Shown here: in pieces, positions 53,897 through 64,000 of the stretch | Position numbering within the stretch: the first letter of the stretch is position 1 | How the letters are laid out: each line of letters starts with the position of its first letter | IMG/VR virus record: IMGVR_UViG_3300026521_000571 | Strand: one strand, 5' to 3' | DNA length: 64,000 nt | Origin: a virus | Taxonomy: Duplodnaviria > Heunggongvirae > Uroviricota > Caudoviricetes | Made by a program: the position numbers and the translations under genes | The notes under the pieces: generated by a model | The model's database searches: none | What the model was told of the DNA's origin: nothing | The model's input: only the letters and a program-made list of their open reading frames with translations

Positions 53897-56800
53897 ATGA
53901 ATTTTAATATCAATAAAATGTTTGACTTGAATCTGGGACTTCAAGATCAAGTCGGCATTGAAAAAATGATGGAAAATCTTAGTATACCTGAAGAGCTAAA
54001 GAAAGGTTTGGTTGATTTAGAACAAGAATTTTCAAATAATTTCGATCAGGAAAACACCGAAAATCTCGATAAATTCAATACAGTCTTCAATACAGTCTTT
54101 AAACCAGAAATTGAATCAGAAGTTAAATCAGATGTTAAATCAGATGCTGTTGGTTATTCTCAAATGGAATTCCAATCAGCAGTTGCGACGCCAACATTTG
54201 GCGTCGATCAGAAAGACCAAGGTGTTATGGGAATGGTTCATGGTTATCAAAATGAATCGTTTGGTTTAGCACCATCTGTTGGTGGAACTTTAAATGATGC
54301 TGGTTGGTATGATGATGTCAAAGGTTTTGATAATACCCTTGATGTTAAAAATTATTGGGGTTATGGAAATAATGTTCAGGGAGTAAGTACTGCTAGGAAA
54401 ATAATAAATAATGATGGGCAAGATTTTTTAATCAGTTGGAATAATATTCAGGGTTATTTTATTGATGTAAATGGAGCAATGCAAAATATCAATGGATTTA
54501 ATAACGTAGTATCTGATGGATTATATAATAACATTAATGGTCAAAATAATATGGTTAATAAAACATTATATTCTGATATTAATGGATACGGAAATATATT
54601 ACTCAATGAAAGAAAAGCACTTAGGGTTAAAAGAATTAATAAAAATCCAGATGATGCAAGTTTTATAGATATTCATATATTTAATGAAGACAATTATGAT
54701 ATGTATCTTGATGAAAAACTTGAGATCAATTGTGCGGTCGAAGTATTTACTTCAAATCTAATTTCTCAATTAAATACACTAACAGGACAGGTTTCAAATA
54801 TCAATAGAACAGATAATGAGTTCATAATAACTGTTTATCCCAATGCATCTTTGGTCTGGGCAGGTAAAAAACCGAATGCTAATGGTGATTTATATTTCAA
54901 TGAAGATGTTCTTTTAAGTAATGAATTCTATTTTCCAAATGATGATGTTAAATTGCGTGTTTTTCTAGATAAAAATGGTGAGTATTGTTCGAGTGATCAA
55001 GGAACACATGCCTGGGGAATATATGCTGGAAAAGGGCCTATTGAATATCTTGAAACTGGGAATAATGCTTTTACTGTAGTCAATGGTATAAAAAATGTAG
55101 CGGATTCCATCTCATTTAGTAAAATTGATGGTTTTTTCAACTCATGTGCCAATTTAAGATTTGCAGAGGTATCTGGTTTTTCCAATATGGTTCATCAAGA
55201 TGATAGAACTATGTCATTTTTTGGAAAAACATCAGTATCTGGAATGTTTAATAAAGTTACTGCATCAAATTATAATGTATCTGGTGTATTTAATAAAGTA
55301 ATCGGTTCAAAGCAGGGTAGTGATTTTAAAAGTGATTTGATTGATAATCTATCAAATCTAAATAGAGGAAGTTATATCATGCAGTCAAATATCACTGGTA
55401 TGATGAATTCATCACTTGGTTTATCTGGGGGTAGTTCAATAAAAGGAATGTTAAATTCATCTAAAACGACTGCCCTAAAAAATGTCCTACCTTTGATTGA
55501 TTTTATTGCTGAAGATTATAATGGTGTTGAGAGATATGCTTTTGTGATTCCAAGAAATGAAGAATTGGATTTAGATACAACATTCTCAGTTGGTTTTAGT
55601 TATATTGAGCTCGGATCTGCATTTAAATTTGACTTCAATTTAAAATTAATTAATCATGTGGAAATTAATGACAAAGAAGTGACGTTATTATATCCGAAAC
55701 ATAATGAGAAATATAAGATGTTTGTGCAATGGGTGTACTATTTTCAACTTGGATTTTTCGATATAACAGTAGTTGATAAATCTGTTTCGTATTTAAATAA
55801 TATTGCAGGTATGTATAGTAGTATAGTCGGTGATTCTATTGTGAATAATATTAATGGTGCTTTTAATATTATTCAAAATGGTTCAATATCATCAATTAAT
55901 GGAAACGGGAATAGTACAAGTGGTTATAATAATTTTATTAACGGTGATGTGAATTTATTAGTAGGTACCAGTTCTTCGATTAGTGGATCATATAATAAAA
56001 TGATAATAGGGAATCATGAAAGAATTTTAACCATTAAAAACGAAAATCGCCTTATTTCAAATGGTATGTTGAATGGGGTTAAAATTCAGAAAGATATAGA
56101 TATATCAAATTTTGTAGAAAATGACACCATTTTAATAGCATCAAATAATAAAAAATTTAAAACAGTTTATGACGCTTCGGGAGTTGAAGAACTATATTCC
56201 TCAAAAATTACCGAAATAGATACAACATCAGACGATGAATACAATATTATTAAATTCTCTAATGTTCCAGCCGGAGAATATTGGTCAGAAATCTATATTA
56301 TAAGTCCAAATACTTTCGGTCTTAAATCATTGCCGACAGATAGTCATGTAATTATTGAAACCAAAGATCTTCCTTATATATTCCAACCATGTTCCAATAT
56401 AACTGGTCATAATAATAATTTTAATGGTTGGAGTACAAATATAATTGGTGGATATAATTCAATAACAGGATATGATAGTAATATTCTTGGAATTAATAAT
56501 AGTGGTTATTTATCTCATTCAACTATTATCGGAAATCAGAATGTATTTGATAAAAATGTAATTGAATTTGTCAGTTTTCCAAATCATAAAGAGATAAAAG
56601 TTATTCGAAATGAGAGTTCTGATGAACTGAATGAAGATGATGTAATCGCGATCGGCATAAGAAGCCCTAAAATCACTAAGACTTTTTATTTTTCAATAAC
56701 GAACATTGAGGTTGATGGTAACGACAGTACTTGTTATAGAATATCAATCAAGGCACATGTTAATACAGAATCATCAAGGACAAATAAAGTTTACTCTTAT

Positions 56801-57265
56801 CTAATGGAAGACTTTGAAAATTATAATGCTAAATTTGACGTAACCATTACCAAATATGAGAATGGACATAAAAATAATTATAATTATACAACTAACATAA
56901 CAGTAGTTGGGAATCAGAATCATATAAAACAAGATAATTCTTTAGTGTTTGGTGAGCATTTGAATCTAATAAATCAAAACTTCAGTCTTGGTTATTATAA
57001 TATTGATTCAGCGGATAATTTATTTGAAATTGGATTAGGTTCTAAGGATCTACGCCAAAATGGATTAGAGATTAAAAAGACTGGAAATATAAGTGCTCCG
57101 ATGTCAGACACAGAAACAGTTACCGATAAAGATTTAACAACTCTTGAATATTTATTAAGTCCTGAGTTTGGTAAAAAACTACCAACAGAAGATCCGGCTA
57201 TCGAAGGCAAACTCTGGAATGATAATGGTGCTTTAAAAATTAGCTTAGGTGAAACTGAGGAGTAA
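53897..57265 (+). CDS. Large virion fibre-like protein (1122 aa) with Asn/Gly-rich beta-helix-like repeats
   Basis: Recurring NINGxxN / (V/I)xGxxN motifs; size and position in the structural module. Confidence 0.55.
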   Translation: MNFNINKMFDLNLGLQDQVGIEKMMENLSIPEELKKGLVDLEQEFSNNFDQENTENLDKFNTVFNTVFKPEIESEVKSDVKSDAVGYSQMEFQSAVATPTFGVDQKDQGVMGMVHGYQNESFGLAPSVGGTLNDAGWYDDVKGFDNTLDVKNYWGYGNNVQGVSTARKIINNDGQDFLISWNNIQGYFIDVNGAMQNINGFNNVVSDGLYNNINGQNNMVNKTLYSDINGYGNILLNERKALRVKRINKNPDDASFIDIHIFNEDNYDMYLDEKLEINCAVEVFTSNLISQLNTLTGQVSNINRTDNEFIITVYPNASLVWAGKKPNANGDLYFNEDVLLSNEFYFPNDDVKLRVFLDKNGEYCSSDQGTHAWGIYAGKGPIEYLETGNNAFTVVNGIKNVADSISFSKIDGFFNSCANLRFAEVSGFSNMVHQDDRTMSFFGKTSVSGMFNKVTASNYNVSGVFNKVIGSKQGSDFKSDLIDNLSNLNRGSYIMQSNITGMMNSSLGLSGGSSIKGMLNSSKTTALKNVLPLIDFIAEDYNGVERYAFVIPRNEELDLDTTFSVGFSYIELGSAFKFDFNLKLINHVEINDKEVTLLYPKHNEKYKMFVQWVYYFQLGFFDITVVDKSVSYLNNIAGMYSSIVGDSIVNNINGAFNIIQNGSISSINGNGNSTSGYNNFINGDVNLLVGTSSSISGSYNKMIIGNHERILTIKNENRLISNGMLNGVKIQKDIDISNFVENDTILIASNNKKFKTVYDASGVEELYSSKITEIDTTSDDEYNIIKFSNVPAGEYWSEIYIISPNTFGLKSLPTDSHVIIETKDLPYIFQPCSNITGHNNNFNGWSTNIIGGYNSITGYDSNILGINNSGYLSHSTIIGNQNVFDKNVIEFVSFPNHKEIKVIRNESSDELNEDDVIAIGIRSPKITKTFYFSITNIEVDGNDSTCYRISIKAHVNTESSRTNKVYSYLMEDFENYNAKFDVTITKYENGHKNNYNYTTNITVVGNQNHIKQDNSLVFGEHLNLINQNFSLGYYNIDSADNLFEIGLGSKDLRQNGLEIKKTGNISAPMSDTETVTDKDLTTLEYLLSPEFGKKLPTEDPAIEGKLWNDNGALKISLGETEE

Positions 57266-57768
57266 TGATGACAATTGAAGAAATAAATGAAATTTTTGCG
57301 GATAATGCAACTGGTTCAATCACAGCAGAAGATTTAAGATCTTTCGCTGTGTCGACAAAGTCTGAATCAACTCAGACCAATATAAGAATAGATGACCTTA
57401 TAGAGTGGATTAATAATTTAGCTAATGAGACAATTGCATCGTTCAATGATATATCATTGAGAACATCAAAAGAAGTATTTCTAGCAGATGAAGATCAGGA
57501 AGAGTTCCAAATGACTCTTCCTGATGATTTATTTATAAATAATGATGTTAATGATGCTAATGATATATCGATTAGAGTATATAAAAATAGATTAATACAA
57601 CTAGATTCAGATTATAATTTTGAGATTATTCTCGCCAATGATAATGATAATGATAATGATGAATCAGACAATATCTTAAAAATTACTACAAATAAATGCA
57701 ACGAAAATGATGAAATTTATATCGAAATAAACTATATTTATCGAAAAGATATCAAGTTAGTAAATTAA
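57265..57768 (+). CDS. Hypothetical acidic protein (167 aa) with a (DN)n tract
   Basis: Start overlaps the upstream stop (TAATGATG). Confidence 0.5.
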   Translation: MMTIEEINEIFADNATGSITAEDLRSFAVSTKSESTQTNIRIDDLIEWINNLANETIASFNDISLRTSKEVFLADEDQEEFQMTLPDDLFINNDVNDANDISIRVYKNRLIQLDSDYNFEIILANDNDNDNDESDNILKITTNKCNENDEIYIEINYIYRKDIKLVN

Positions 57769-57871
57769 TAATTCTAATTTACTCTTTATTTTATGGAAAA
57801 ATAAGACGGTATTATGGAATACTTTGTCAATTATGACCAATAAAATTATATTATATCATAAAGGATAATAT

Positions 57872-58465
57872 ATGGCTTTACAAGTATGTCCAGTTTACCA
57901 ATTCAGTTCAGTTACAGATACAGGAATTCATCAAGTTCCAACAGGAGCCTTAGTTTTTGTGAAACAACCTGATGGTTCAATATCTCAATTTGTAAAACAA
58001 GCAAATACTGGAATGGATGCTACATCAACAGTGGCTGACATGATGGCTAACCCTGATCTATTCAAACCATCATTTGAAGCACCATCTTCAATGGCTGATT
58101 TTGAAGATGTTGATGTTACAACAACAGCTCCTGTTAATGGGCAAGTTTTGAAATATGATGCAGATACTGAAAAATGGGTGCCTCAAGATGATGTTGGGCC
58201 TGTTTCATATACAGCTGGAAAAGGTTTAGTTTTAAACGAAACAACATTTGAGTTACAAGATCCACAAGAGCTTGATTATACTGCTGAAGATGGGCAAACT
58301 GATTTCGTAATTGCTGGAGCAATTCATTCTTATTTAGGTGTATTTAAGAATGGTATTAAAGTAAAAACATCTGATTTTACACTATCAGATGATGGGACAG
58401 ATACTACTGTTTCTTTCGCTGATGGTTGTAATGAAAACGATTGGATACAACTACTAGTTTATTAA
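57872..58465 (+). CDS. Hypothetical structural protein (197 aa)
   Basis: AAGGA RBS; followed by a strong hairpin. Confidence 0.55.
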   Translation: MALQVCPVYQFSSVTDTGIHQVPTGALVFVKQPDGSISQFVKQANTGMDATSTVADMMANPDLFKPSFEAPSSMADFEDVDVTTTAPVNGQVLKYDADTEKWVPQDDVGPVSYTAGKGLVLNETTFELQDPQELDYTAEDGQTDFVIAGAIHSYLGVFKNGIKVKTSDFTLSDDGTDTTVSFADGCNENDWIQLLVY

Positions 58466-58471
58466 TTATTT

Positions 58472-58516
58472 GGAGGTTGAGTGCTTAAGCACTCAACCTC
58501 CAACCCTTCCGTGCCC
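58472..58516 (+). terminator. Perfect 13-bp stem-loop (ggaggttgagtgc-ttaa-gcactcaacctcc) followed by AACCCTTCCGTGCCC
   Basis: Third member of the hairpin-plus-CCCTyCyGTGCC family. Confidence 0.6.
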
Positions 58517-58552
58517 AAAAAACAAAGGATAATTATAAAATTAAGGACAACG

Positions 58553-58888
58553 ATGAATAATTTAAGAGAAATACTACAAGACAATATATTTACTAAATTG
58601 GTCCGACCGGCCAGTTTCGTGAGTCTATTAATTATATTTATTATATTTTCAATAATTGATGGAAATTTTTTTGATATAAATATTAAAGAAATATATATTA
58701 AATTATTTGGAGAGATTCTACAAACAATGGTGATATTTTATTTTACATCCCGTGGTTTAGAAAAGGTTTCAAGATATCTTGATCCAAATAGATCAAATAC
58801 TCCTTCGAATGTTTCTAATAATCAAGCTGTTAGTGAAATTACTCAAAACGACTCATTTCTAAATAGATATGATCAAGACCCAATTTAA
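58553..58888 (+). CDS. Small membrane protein (111 aa from ATG 58553)
   Basis: AAGGA RBS before ATG 58553; the longer 58481 start would run through the terminator hairpin. Confidence 0.45.
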   Translation: MNNLREILQDNIFTKLVRPASFVSLLIIFIIFSIIDGNFFDINIKEIYIKLFGEILQTMVIFYFTSRGLEKVSRYLDPNRSNTPSNVSNNQAVSEITQNDSFLNRYDQDPI

Positions 58889-58899
58889 AAGGAATTTAT

Positions 58900-61800
58900 A
58901 TGGGAGCAATTAAAAATGAACGTTATCGAAAAGAGATGTTTGATCCGACGGCTAATGATTCATTAGCCGTCCTTCGGGCGCGAGCCCGAATGGATGAAAT
59001 TATGAAGCAAGAAGAAGATTTGCGAAAGAGTGAGTCTAGACTCACTCGAACAGTAAAATCAAAAGCAATGCCTGCTGGATTAATCGGGGCTGGATTAAGG
59101 TTTGCTGACCTTGCTGCAAAAGATAATCCGATGCTCAGTAAAATTTTACAGAGTGGTTACTTAGCATCAAAAGTTCCGAGCCAACTCTTAAATAACGATG
59201 CTAATCGTAAAAAAATTAATGATCTAAAAGCTAAAAAAGAAGCACTTGCTTATGGTGCAGGAAATTCAGGTGGTGGTTTTAAACAGATAGCTAGCAATAC
59301 AGCTAATGTTGGACAACAGGTAATGAAAGTCTCGAGCGGGTTATACGCTGGGGGAGCAGCAGCAAACCTTCTTGGTTATGGTTCTATTGGTGGTCAATTA
59401 ACTTCCATTGGTAAATATGGTTTTATGCATAACCCAATGGTCGCTGGATCTGCGTTAGCCAATGCATCAAGCAAAGCGGCTGGGCAATTTAGTACACAGT
59501 ACTTACCAAACTATTTAGCACATAATCTTGGTGGTGCTTTACAAACAACAGGCCTTTATTCAAACGCGGCTGGTAAAGTTTTTGGGCTCGGTGGACTTTC
59601 AACTGTAGGTGAAGGAATTAGTGGTCTTGGTAAAACTTTAAGTTCTCTTGATATTACCGGTGGTACTGGAACTATGCTCGGTATGCTTATGTCAATGGGA
59701 CTGTCGATGGGGAGTATGAAATTATTCAAAAACATCGGGAAGATGGGTGGAATAAATAGCACACTTTATAATAATAAGTCAATCCGCCCAAATATTCCCA
59801 ACGGTTTTAAAGTGTTTGATCAGTACTTTACTGGAAAAGGACTTGAGAGCATTCATAATATGTACATGAGTTCGCAGATGTATAAATCTCCATTTGAAAG
59901 CATAATGGTTTCAATTGCACTCGTTCAAGCAAAATCATTGGCTGGACTTCCTGCAATCTATGAAATTCTAGCTGGGAATAAAGAAGGAAATACTGTCGGT
60001 GGTCGTATTGCTCAAAATGATCACGAGCTTAGATTTGCAACTACCAAAAAAGACGACATTTTCAGTAGTTCTTTCAGAGATCCAGATAAAACGTTCAGTT
60101 ATTATTTAAATAAATTAGGTGTTTCATTAGAAGAAACCATCACTAAAACTGGTATGGTTTTAAATCCAATGAATTGGATGAGTTTAAAAAATAACCCTTA
60201 TCAATTACTCAAACAGTTTAAGATAGATACTACAGTTAAAGAGGCGAAAAATCAAGTTGCGAAATCCAATGGGATTTCTTTAACGTTTTTAAATGCTGTT
60301 GAAACACCATTCACCAAAAGTGTGGCTGCCGGTCAAACAGTCGAAGAAAAAATACTTCTAGCAACAATGCATATAGGAGAAATAATTAGAGGAGAATCTC
60401 TTCTAAAGAAAAGAGCAAACGGCAAACGTTTACAAGGACAAGTTCAAGATACTCTTAATAAAAAAAGACATTTCGAAGACAAAGAAGGAAATTTTTTAGT
60501 TGATGGGGCTTTAGATATTATGTCAATAATACCTTTGCTTGGTCCTGCTGCCGCACTTACTCTCAAGGGGATAGGAAATACTCTCGATTTCTCTAGAAAC
60601 ATCGGTAAACATTTAAAGAAAGTTACTCACGCCTTCGATTTTCTATCAATTAGCAAAGCAAGAGCTAAATCAAAAAGTACACTAAAAATTGGAAATGATG
60701 TTTCTGACAAAGATAATTTTTATAAATACATGAGCTCTGAATTTCCTAATCGTTTCGAAGAACTCTTAAGTTTAGGAATGACTCGAAATAATTATATTAA
60801 GATGATTGCTGAAAAGCTTGGTGTTGATAAAAAGACTTTAGATTCTGGTGCAGTTTCGACTGGTAAAAAATGGATTAATGAATTAGGTGGGTTATTTACC
60901 AAAGACGAAGCCAAAGAAAAACTCAGTAGAATTCTAAGTACCTTGAGTAAAAAACAATACGTTAACTCATATGGAGAAATGTCTTTATTTGGGCAGAGCT
61001 TCTTTAAATCAATTAAACCTCTAGATAAATATCTAAAGAAAAATATTAAGTCCCAAAGAACTCAAAGTGCAAATGATTTCAATAATAAATTAAATTCTAT
61101 TTTTGATGGGACGTCGACAAGATTGGCTAATAGTGCAAATGCTTCCCAACAAGCTCTACAACAACAACAGCAAACTCAAAATACATTAAATACTTTTACA
61201 AGAATGGCTGATACTTTAGAAGAAATTAGAGACCAAATTAAAGATTGTTGCGAAGACGGGAATGGTGGAACATCCATTAATAACTCAACAAGAGTTTCTG
61301 GTGTTGGAATACTTGGAAGACTAGGTGAATTAATGGGAATTGGTAGCTCGAGAAGAGCCAGAGCTAGAAGACGGTTAATGGGGCGTGGACTTCGAAGACT
61401 TGTCGGTGGAATTCTTCCTTACATAAAAAGAGGCGGAGCGATTACTGCAGCTATTGAATTAGCTTATTATTCTAAAGATATCTATGATTGGGTTTCTAAA
61501 GAATATAAAAATTTAAAAGAGGGTGATTATAAACAGTTCTTTGGACTTAAAAATGAAGCCGGTGAAGATATTACTAAAAAGACTTGGGGTTTTGGAGGAG
61601 ATGTAGCAGATACCTTATGGATGGTTGCTTCAACAAGTGCGCTTATGTTTCCATCTCCATTTACATTAGGATTCGCAGCACTTGCTGGAATGTATAAATG
61701 GGGGCCAGATATATTGAAAGCTGGTGAAACAGCGCTACATTTTGTGAAAGCATCTTTTGGATTAGATGATAGTTTTGATGAAAATCGCCAAGATGCAATT

Positions 61801-62325
61801 CATAAAAAGCGTTGTGAAATGCATCCAGATTTACCTCAATGTCGCAAAAAGAAACATTCAACTCAAAATACAACACAACCGATAGTTCAAAAGAATCCTA
61901 ATATTAAAGATCACCCAACCATCGAAAGATACCAAAGTAAAAATTACGGTCTTTACTTTGGTCAAACGAAAGAAGAGCAAAGAGCTTATTTAAGTTTTAT
62001 AAATAGTCCAACGACTGAAACAGATTGGGTTAAATTACTACAACAAGTTAGAAGAGAATCAGATCTTGATAAATCAGGAACTATAAATTCTCAAGAGGAA
62101 TTAAATAAAATTATCGAAGAACTTACGAAACATCAGAAAGAATTTACTTCGTTAAATGCTGAAGGTCAGACAGCATTGATTGAGGCTATTAATAGACTAT
62201 CAGGTGATTTCCGGATTGGTCAAATACATGTGGCTGATGTTACAAAAGATGCTGTTGATGGATTAAAAATAGTTCTTAATAAAAATGAAGTTTGGTCATT
62301 CGGAAAAGCGAATGCAAAATATTAA
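58900..62325 (+). CDS. Tape-measure-like or internal virion protein (1141 aa), glycine-rich with a hydrophobic segment
   Basis: Size; Gly/Ala/Ser-rich N-terminal third with MLGMLMSMGLSMGSM; coiled-coil-prone regions; location beside the fibre genes. Confidence 0.55.
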   Translation: MGAIKNERYRKEMFDPTANDSLAVLRARARMDEIMKQEEDLRKSESRLTRTVKSKAMPAGLIGAGLRFADLAAKDNPMLSKILQSGYLASKVPSQLLNNDANRKKINDLKAKKEALAYGAGNSGGGFKQIASNTANVGQQVMKVSSGLYAGGAAANLLGYGSIGGQLTSIGKYGFMHNPMVAGSALANASSKAAGQFSTQYLPNYLAHNLGGALQTTGLYSNAAGKVFGLGGLSTVGEGISGLGKTLSSLDITGGTGTMLGMLMSMGLSMGSMKLFKNIGKMGGINSTLYNNKSIRPNIPNGFKVFDQYFTGKGLESIHNMYMSSQMYKSPFESIMVSIALVQAKSLAGLPAIYEILAGNKEGNTVGGRIAQNDHELRFATTKKDDIFSSSFRDPDKTFSYYLNKLGVSLEETITKTGMVLNPMNWMSLKNNPYQLLKQFKIDTTVKEAKNQVAKSNGISLTFLNAVETPFTKSVAAGQTVEEKILLATMHIGEIIRGESLLKKRANGKRLQGQVQDTLNKKRHFEDKEGNFLVDGALDIMSIIPLLGPAAALTLKGIGNTLDFSRNIGKHLKKVTHAFDFLSISKARAKSKSTLKIGNDVSDKDNFYKYMSSEFPNRFEELLSLGMTRNNYIKMIAEKLGVDKKTLDSGAVSTGKKWINELGGLFTKDEAKEKLSRILSTLSKKQYVNSYGEMSLFGQSFFKSIKPLDKYLKKNIKSQRTQSANDFNNKLNSIFDGTSTRLANSANASQQALQQQQQTQNTLNTFTRMADTLEEIRDQIKDCCEDGNGGTSINNSTRVSGVGILGRLGELMGIGSSRRARARRRLMGRGLRRLVGGILPYIKRGGAITAAIELAYYSKDIYDWVSKEYKNLKEGDYKQFFGLKNEAGEDITKKTWGFGGDVADTLWMVASTSALMFPSPFTLGFAALAGMYKWGPDILKAGETALHFVKASFGLDDSFDENRQDAIHKKRCEMHPDLPQCRKKKHSTQNTTQPIVQKNPNIKDHPTIERYQSKNYGLYFGQTKEEQRAYLSFINSPTTETDWVKLLQQVRRESDLDKSGTINSQEELNKIIEELTKHQKEFTSLNAEGQTALIEAINRLSGDFRIGQIHVADVTKDAVDGLKIVLNKNEVWSFGKANAKY

Positions 62326-62343
62326 AATCTCAAAGGAGTAAAA

Positions 62344-63456
62344 ATGGCAGGAATCTCACCTCCAAAAAATACAGCTATAATAGGAAGACTTCCTGGTTAT
62401 AATTCAAATATAGATCCTACGGGTGAGTTTTCTAGTCAGCTCTTAAAAGGTCTAACTTTTATAGATTTAATTCCAACAACATATGCTGCAAATAAAGGTG
62501 GTTATGAAGATGCAATTAAATCAACTACTGATAAAGAAAAATCGACAACTGATTCTTTTATCAAAGCGATCCAGGGTGGTGAAACACCCTGGATCCACAA
62601 AAGTGGAGATACATATCCTGTTACTTTTTTTCAAAATATATTAAAAGGTATGCAAAAAGGATTAAATTTAGATCCAGATTTTGCAAATGTTGAAGCGATA
62701 AGAATAATTGGGGCGAATGATAGTACCTTTACAGAAAACCTTTCGAATATGTTCGATGGTGCCAATAGTTTCACAGAAGGGATCCATAATGCTAAACAAC
62801 GAGTTGATTCTGGTTTTAAAGACGGTATTTCTAAAATGGTTTCCGGTGTAAGAAGTCTTGACTATCAAAAAGCTATGGAAATGTTCTCGGGCAAACAAGA
62901 TTCTTCTCAGATTATGGATACTTTGAAAGGGGCAGCACTTGGTGTAAACTTCGCTAAACCTGGAACTTGGAACTCTTCTCAATATAGTTCAACATTAACT
63001 ATGTTCGTTAAATTGGTAGCACCAAGTGGGCATGAGGAATGTATTAAAAAGAATATCGTCCAACCATTAATGTATTTATTGGCAGCTGGAAGTCCAGTTA
63101 CAACCAAAGGTTTCGCTTATGGATTGCCGATGATTTGGGACGTGCATGCTCATGGAATTACTAGATTTAAAATTGGTAGTATCGCCGCCTTAACAATCTC
63201 GAGAGGTAGTTTTGAAACGACATTCAATGACAAATTTCAACCAACGGTTATTGATGTTCGAATGACAATAATCCCTCTTGTTCAGGATTTTGCCGTACAA
63301 CATACTGATGACGGTGCAGGTGATATGTATAATAAACATTTAGATAATTTAGGTGTTCAACATCCAGGAGATATATATTCTGGGACAATGAATAGTATAG
63401 GTAGTGCTGCTGGTATGAAGAAAGCACTCACCGAAGTAAAAATTATAGAATTATAG
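62344..63456 (+). CDS. Hypothetical structural protein (370 aa)
   Basis: GGAG RBS; part of the structural operon. Confidence 0.55.
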   Translation: MAGISPPKNTAIIGRLPGYNSNIDPTGEFSSQLLKGLTFIDLIPTTYAANKGGYEDAIKSTTDKEKSTTDSFIKAIQGGETPWIHKSGDTYPVTFFQNILKGMQKGLNLDPDFANVEAIRIIGANDSTFTENLSNMFDGANSFTEGIHNAKQRVDSGFKDGISKMVSGVRSLDYQKAMEMFSGKQDSSQIMDTLKGAALGVNFAKPGTWNSSQYSSTLTMFVKLVAPSGHEECIKKNIVQPLMYLLAAGSPVTTKGFAYGLPMIWDVHAHGITRFKIGSIAALTISRGSFETTFNDKFQPTVIDVRMTIIPLVQDFAVQHTDDGAGDMYNKHLDNLGVQHPGDIYSGTMNSIGSAAGMKKALTEVKIIEL

Positions 63457-63487
63457 AATTATAGAATAAGGGATAAATTATAAAATT

Positions 63488-63805
63488 ATGCGTGATTATA
63501 AAGAGGAATTAAATAATTTAGATAATCAAGAGCCGCAAGAAACAGTGCGGCGTGAAGTTGACCTATCAGATGGTTTAAATATAGATTTAAATTTAGATTT
63601 TAATAAAGAAACATTCAACACAAAAATAAAAATAAACAGTTTTCAGGAAATACATAAACCATTAGATATAATTTTAGATGATGGTGATTGTTTTTTAGAG
63701 CTGTCAACTACTGAGCTTTTGAAATTAATACAAGATGAATTAGATGGAGATTTCAATGAACTACTTTTCGACGACGGAGATGAATATAACGACATCCTTT
63801 CTTGA
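63488..63805 (+). CDS. Hypothetical acidic protein (105 aa)
   Basis: ORF. Confidence 0.5.
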   Translation: MRDYKEELNNLDNQEPQETVRREVDLSDGLNIDLNLDFNKETFNTKIKINSFQEIHKPLDIILDDGDCFLELSTTELLKLIQDELDGDFNELLFDDGDEYNDILS

Positions 63806-63809
63806 TACG

Positions 63810-64000
63810 ATGAATACGTTTAGAGTTATTATTAACACAAATGAAATTTATTTTAATATATTCTTTGGGATCTTTGTATTGTTAATTATTTATTTTTTTA
63901 CAGATGTATTATTTAGAGTCACCAAAGAACCTCAAAAACCGACAGAAAATATCCAAGAATCCATTGATAATAATGAAACACCTTCTAAGGTTATAGATAA
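63810..64000 (+). CDS. Membrane protein, partial (continues beyond the window)
   Basis: ATG at 63810 right after the upstream stop; hydrophobic N-terminus IFFGIFVLLIIYFF. Confidence 0.4.
   Translation, partial: MNTFRVIINTNEIYFNIFFGIFVLLIIYFFTDVLFRVTKEPQKPTENIQESIDNNETPSKVID

Noticed and set aside
54997-57210. Short minus-strand ORFs 54997..55185 and 56995..57210 inside the fibre gene, and 59556..59762 and 61661..61876 inside the 1141-aa gene
   Set aside because: Antisense, lacking an RBS, and embedded in long coherent plus-strand ORFs.

Overview
The window is AT-rich (about 30% GC, judged by eye), densely coding, and has the organisation of a large virulent dsDNA bacteriophage genome segment. 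I ran no homology search; every call rests on motifs readable in the translations and on DNA repeat structure.

Recognisable modules:
- Nucleotide metabolism: class I ribonucleotide reductase beta (5198..6271) and alpha (6316..8610), and a T4 gp1-like dNMP kinase (45921..46514).
- Lysis: an M15 peptidase endolysin (24442..25002) followed by a membrane protein.
- Packaging: terminase large subunit (30169..31983), flanked on opposite strands by two paralogous tandem-repeat, nuclease-domain (homing-endonuclease-like) genes.
- RNA repair: a Pnkp-type kinase, metallophosphatase and ligase fusion (35322..37829) beside a stand-alone metallophosphoesterase.
- Replication and segregation: HNH endonuclease, SF2 helicase and a ParM-like actin ATPase (42366..45906).
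- Radical SAM enzyme with a Cys-rich small partner (46778..48122).
- Structural module (50.3..63.8 kb): papain-like C1 peptidase, a 1122-aa beta-helix fibre-like protein and a 1141-aa glycine-rich tape-measure-like protein.
- Putative counter-defence genes: NADAR (22937..23446) and a DUF2829 Tad2-like protein (13536..14078).
- An unusual membrane sensor histidine kinase with an adjacent receiver-like gene (18660..20644).

Non-coding structure is striking. Several families of conserved intergenic elements and perfect palindromes concentrate at three strand-switch regions (1..178, 15990..16350 and 41760..42365). Two 100%-identical ~185-bp repeats (23860..24044 and 48916..49100) each abut a GC-rich island with foreign codon usage that carries a small gene with a strong Shine-Dalgarno. 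Stem-loops followed by a conserved CCCTCCTGTGCC motif end several operons.

The most novel candidates are, first, the GC-rich moron-like islands tied to the identical 185-bp element. Second, the tandem-repeat nuclease paralogs bracketing terL, whose 3' ends form an inverted repeat. Third, the stand-alone Pnkp-like RNA repair enzyme. Fourth, the phage-encoded sensor kinase. Fifth, the palindrome-dense 600-bp hub at 41.8..42.4 kb.
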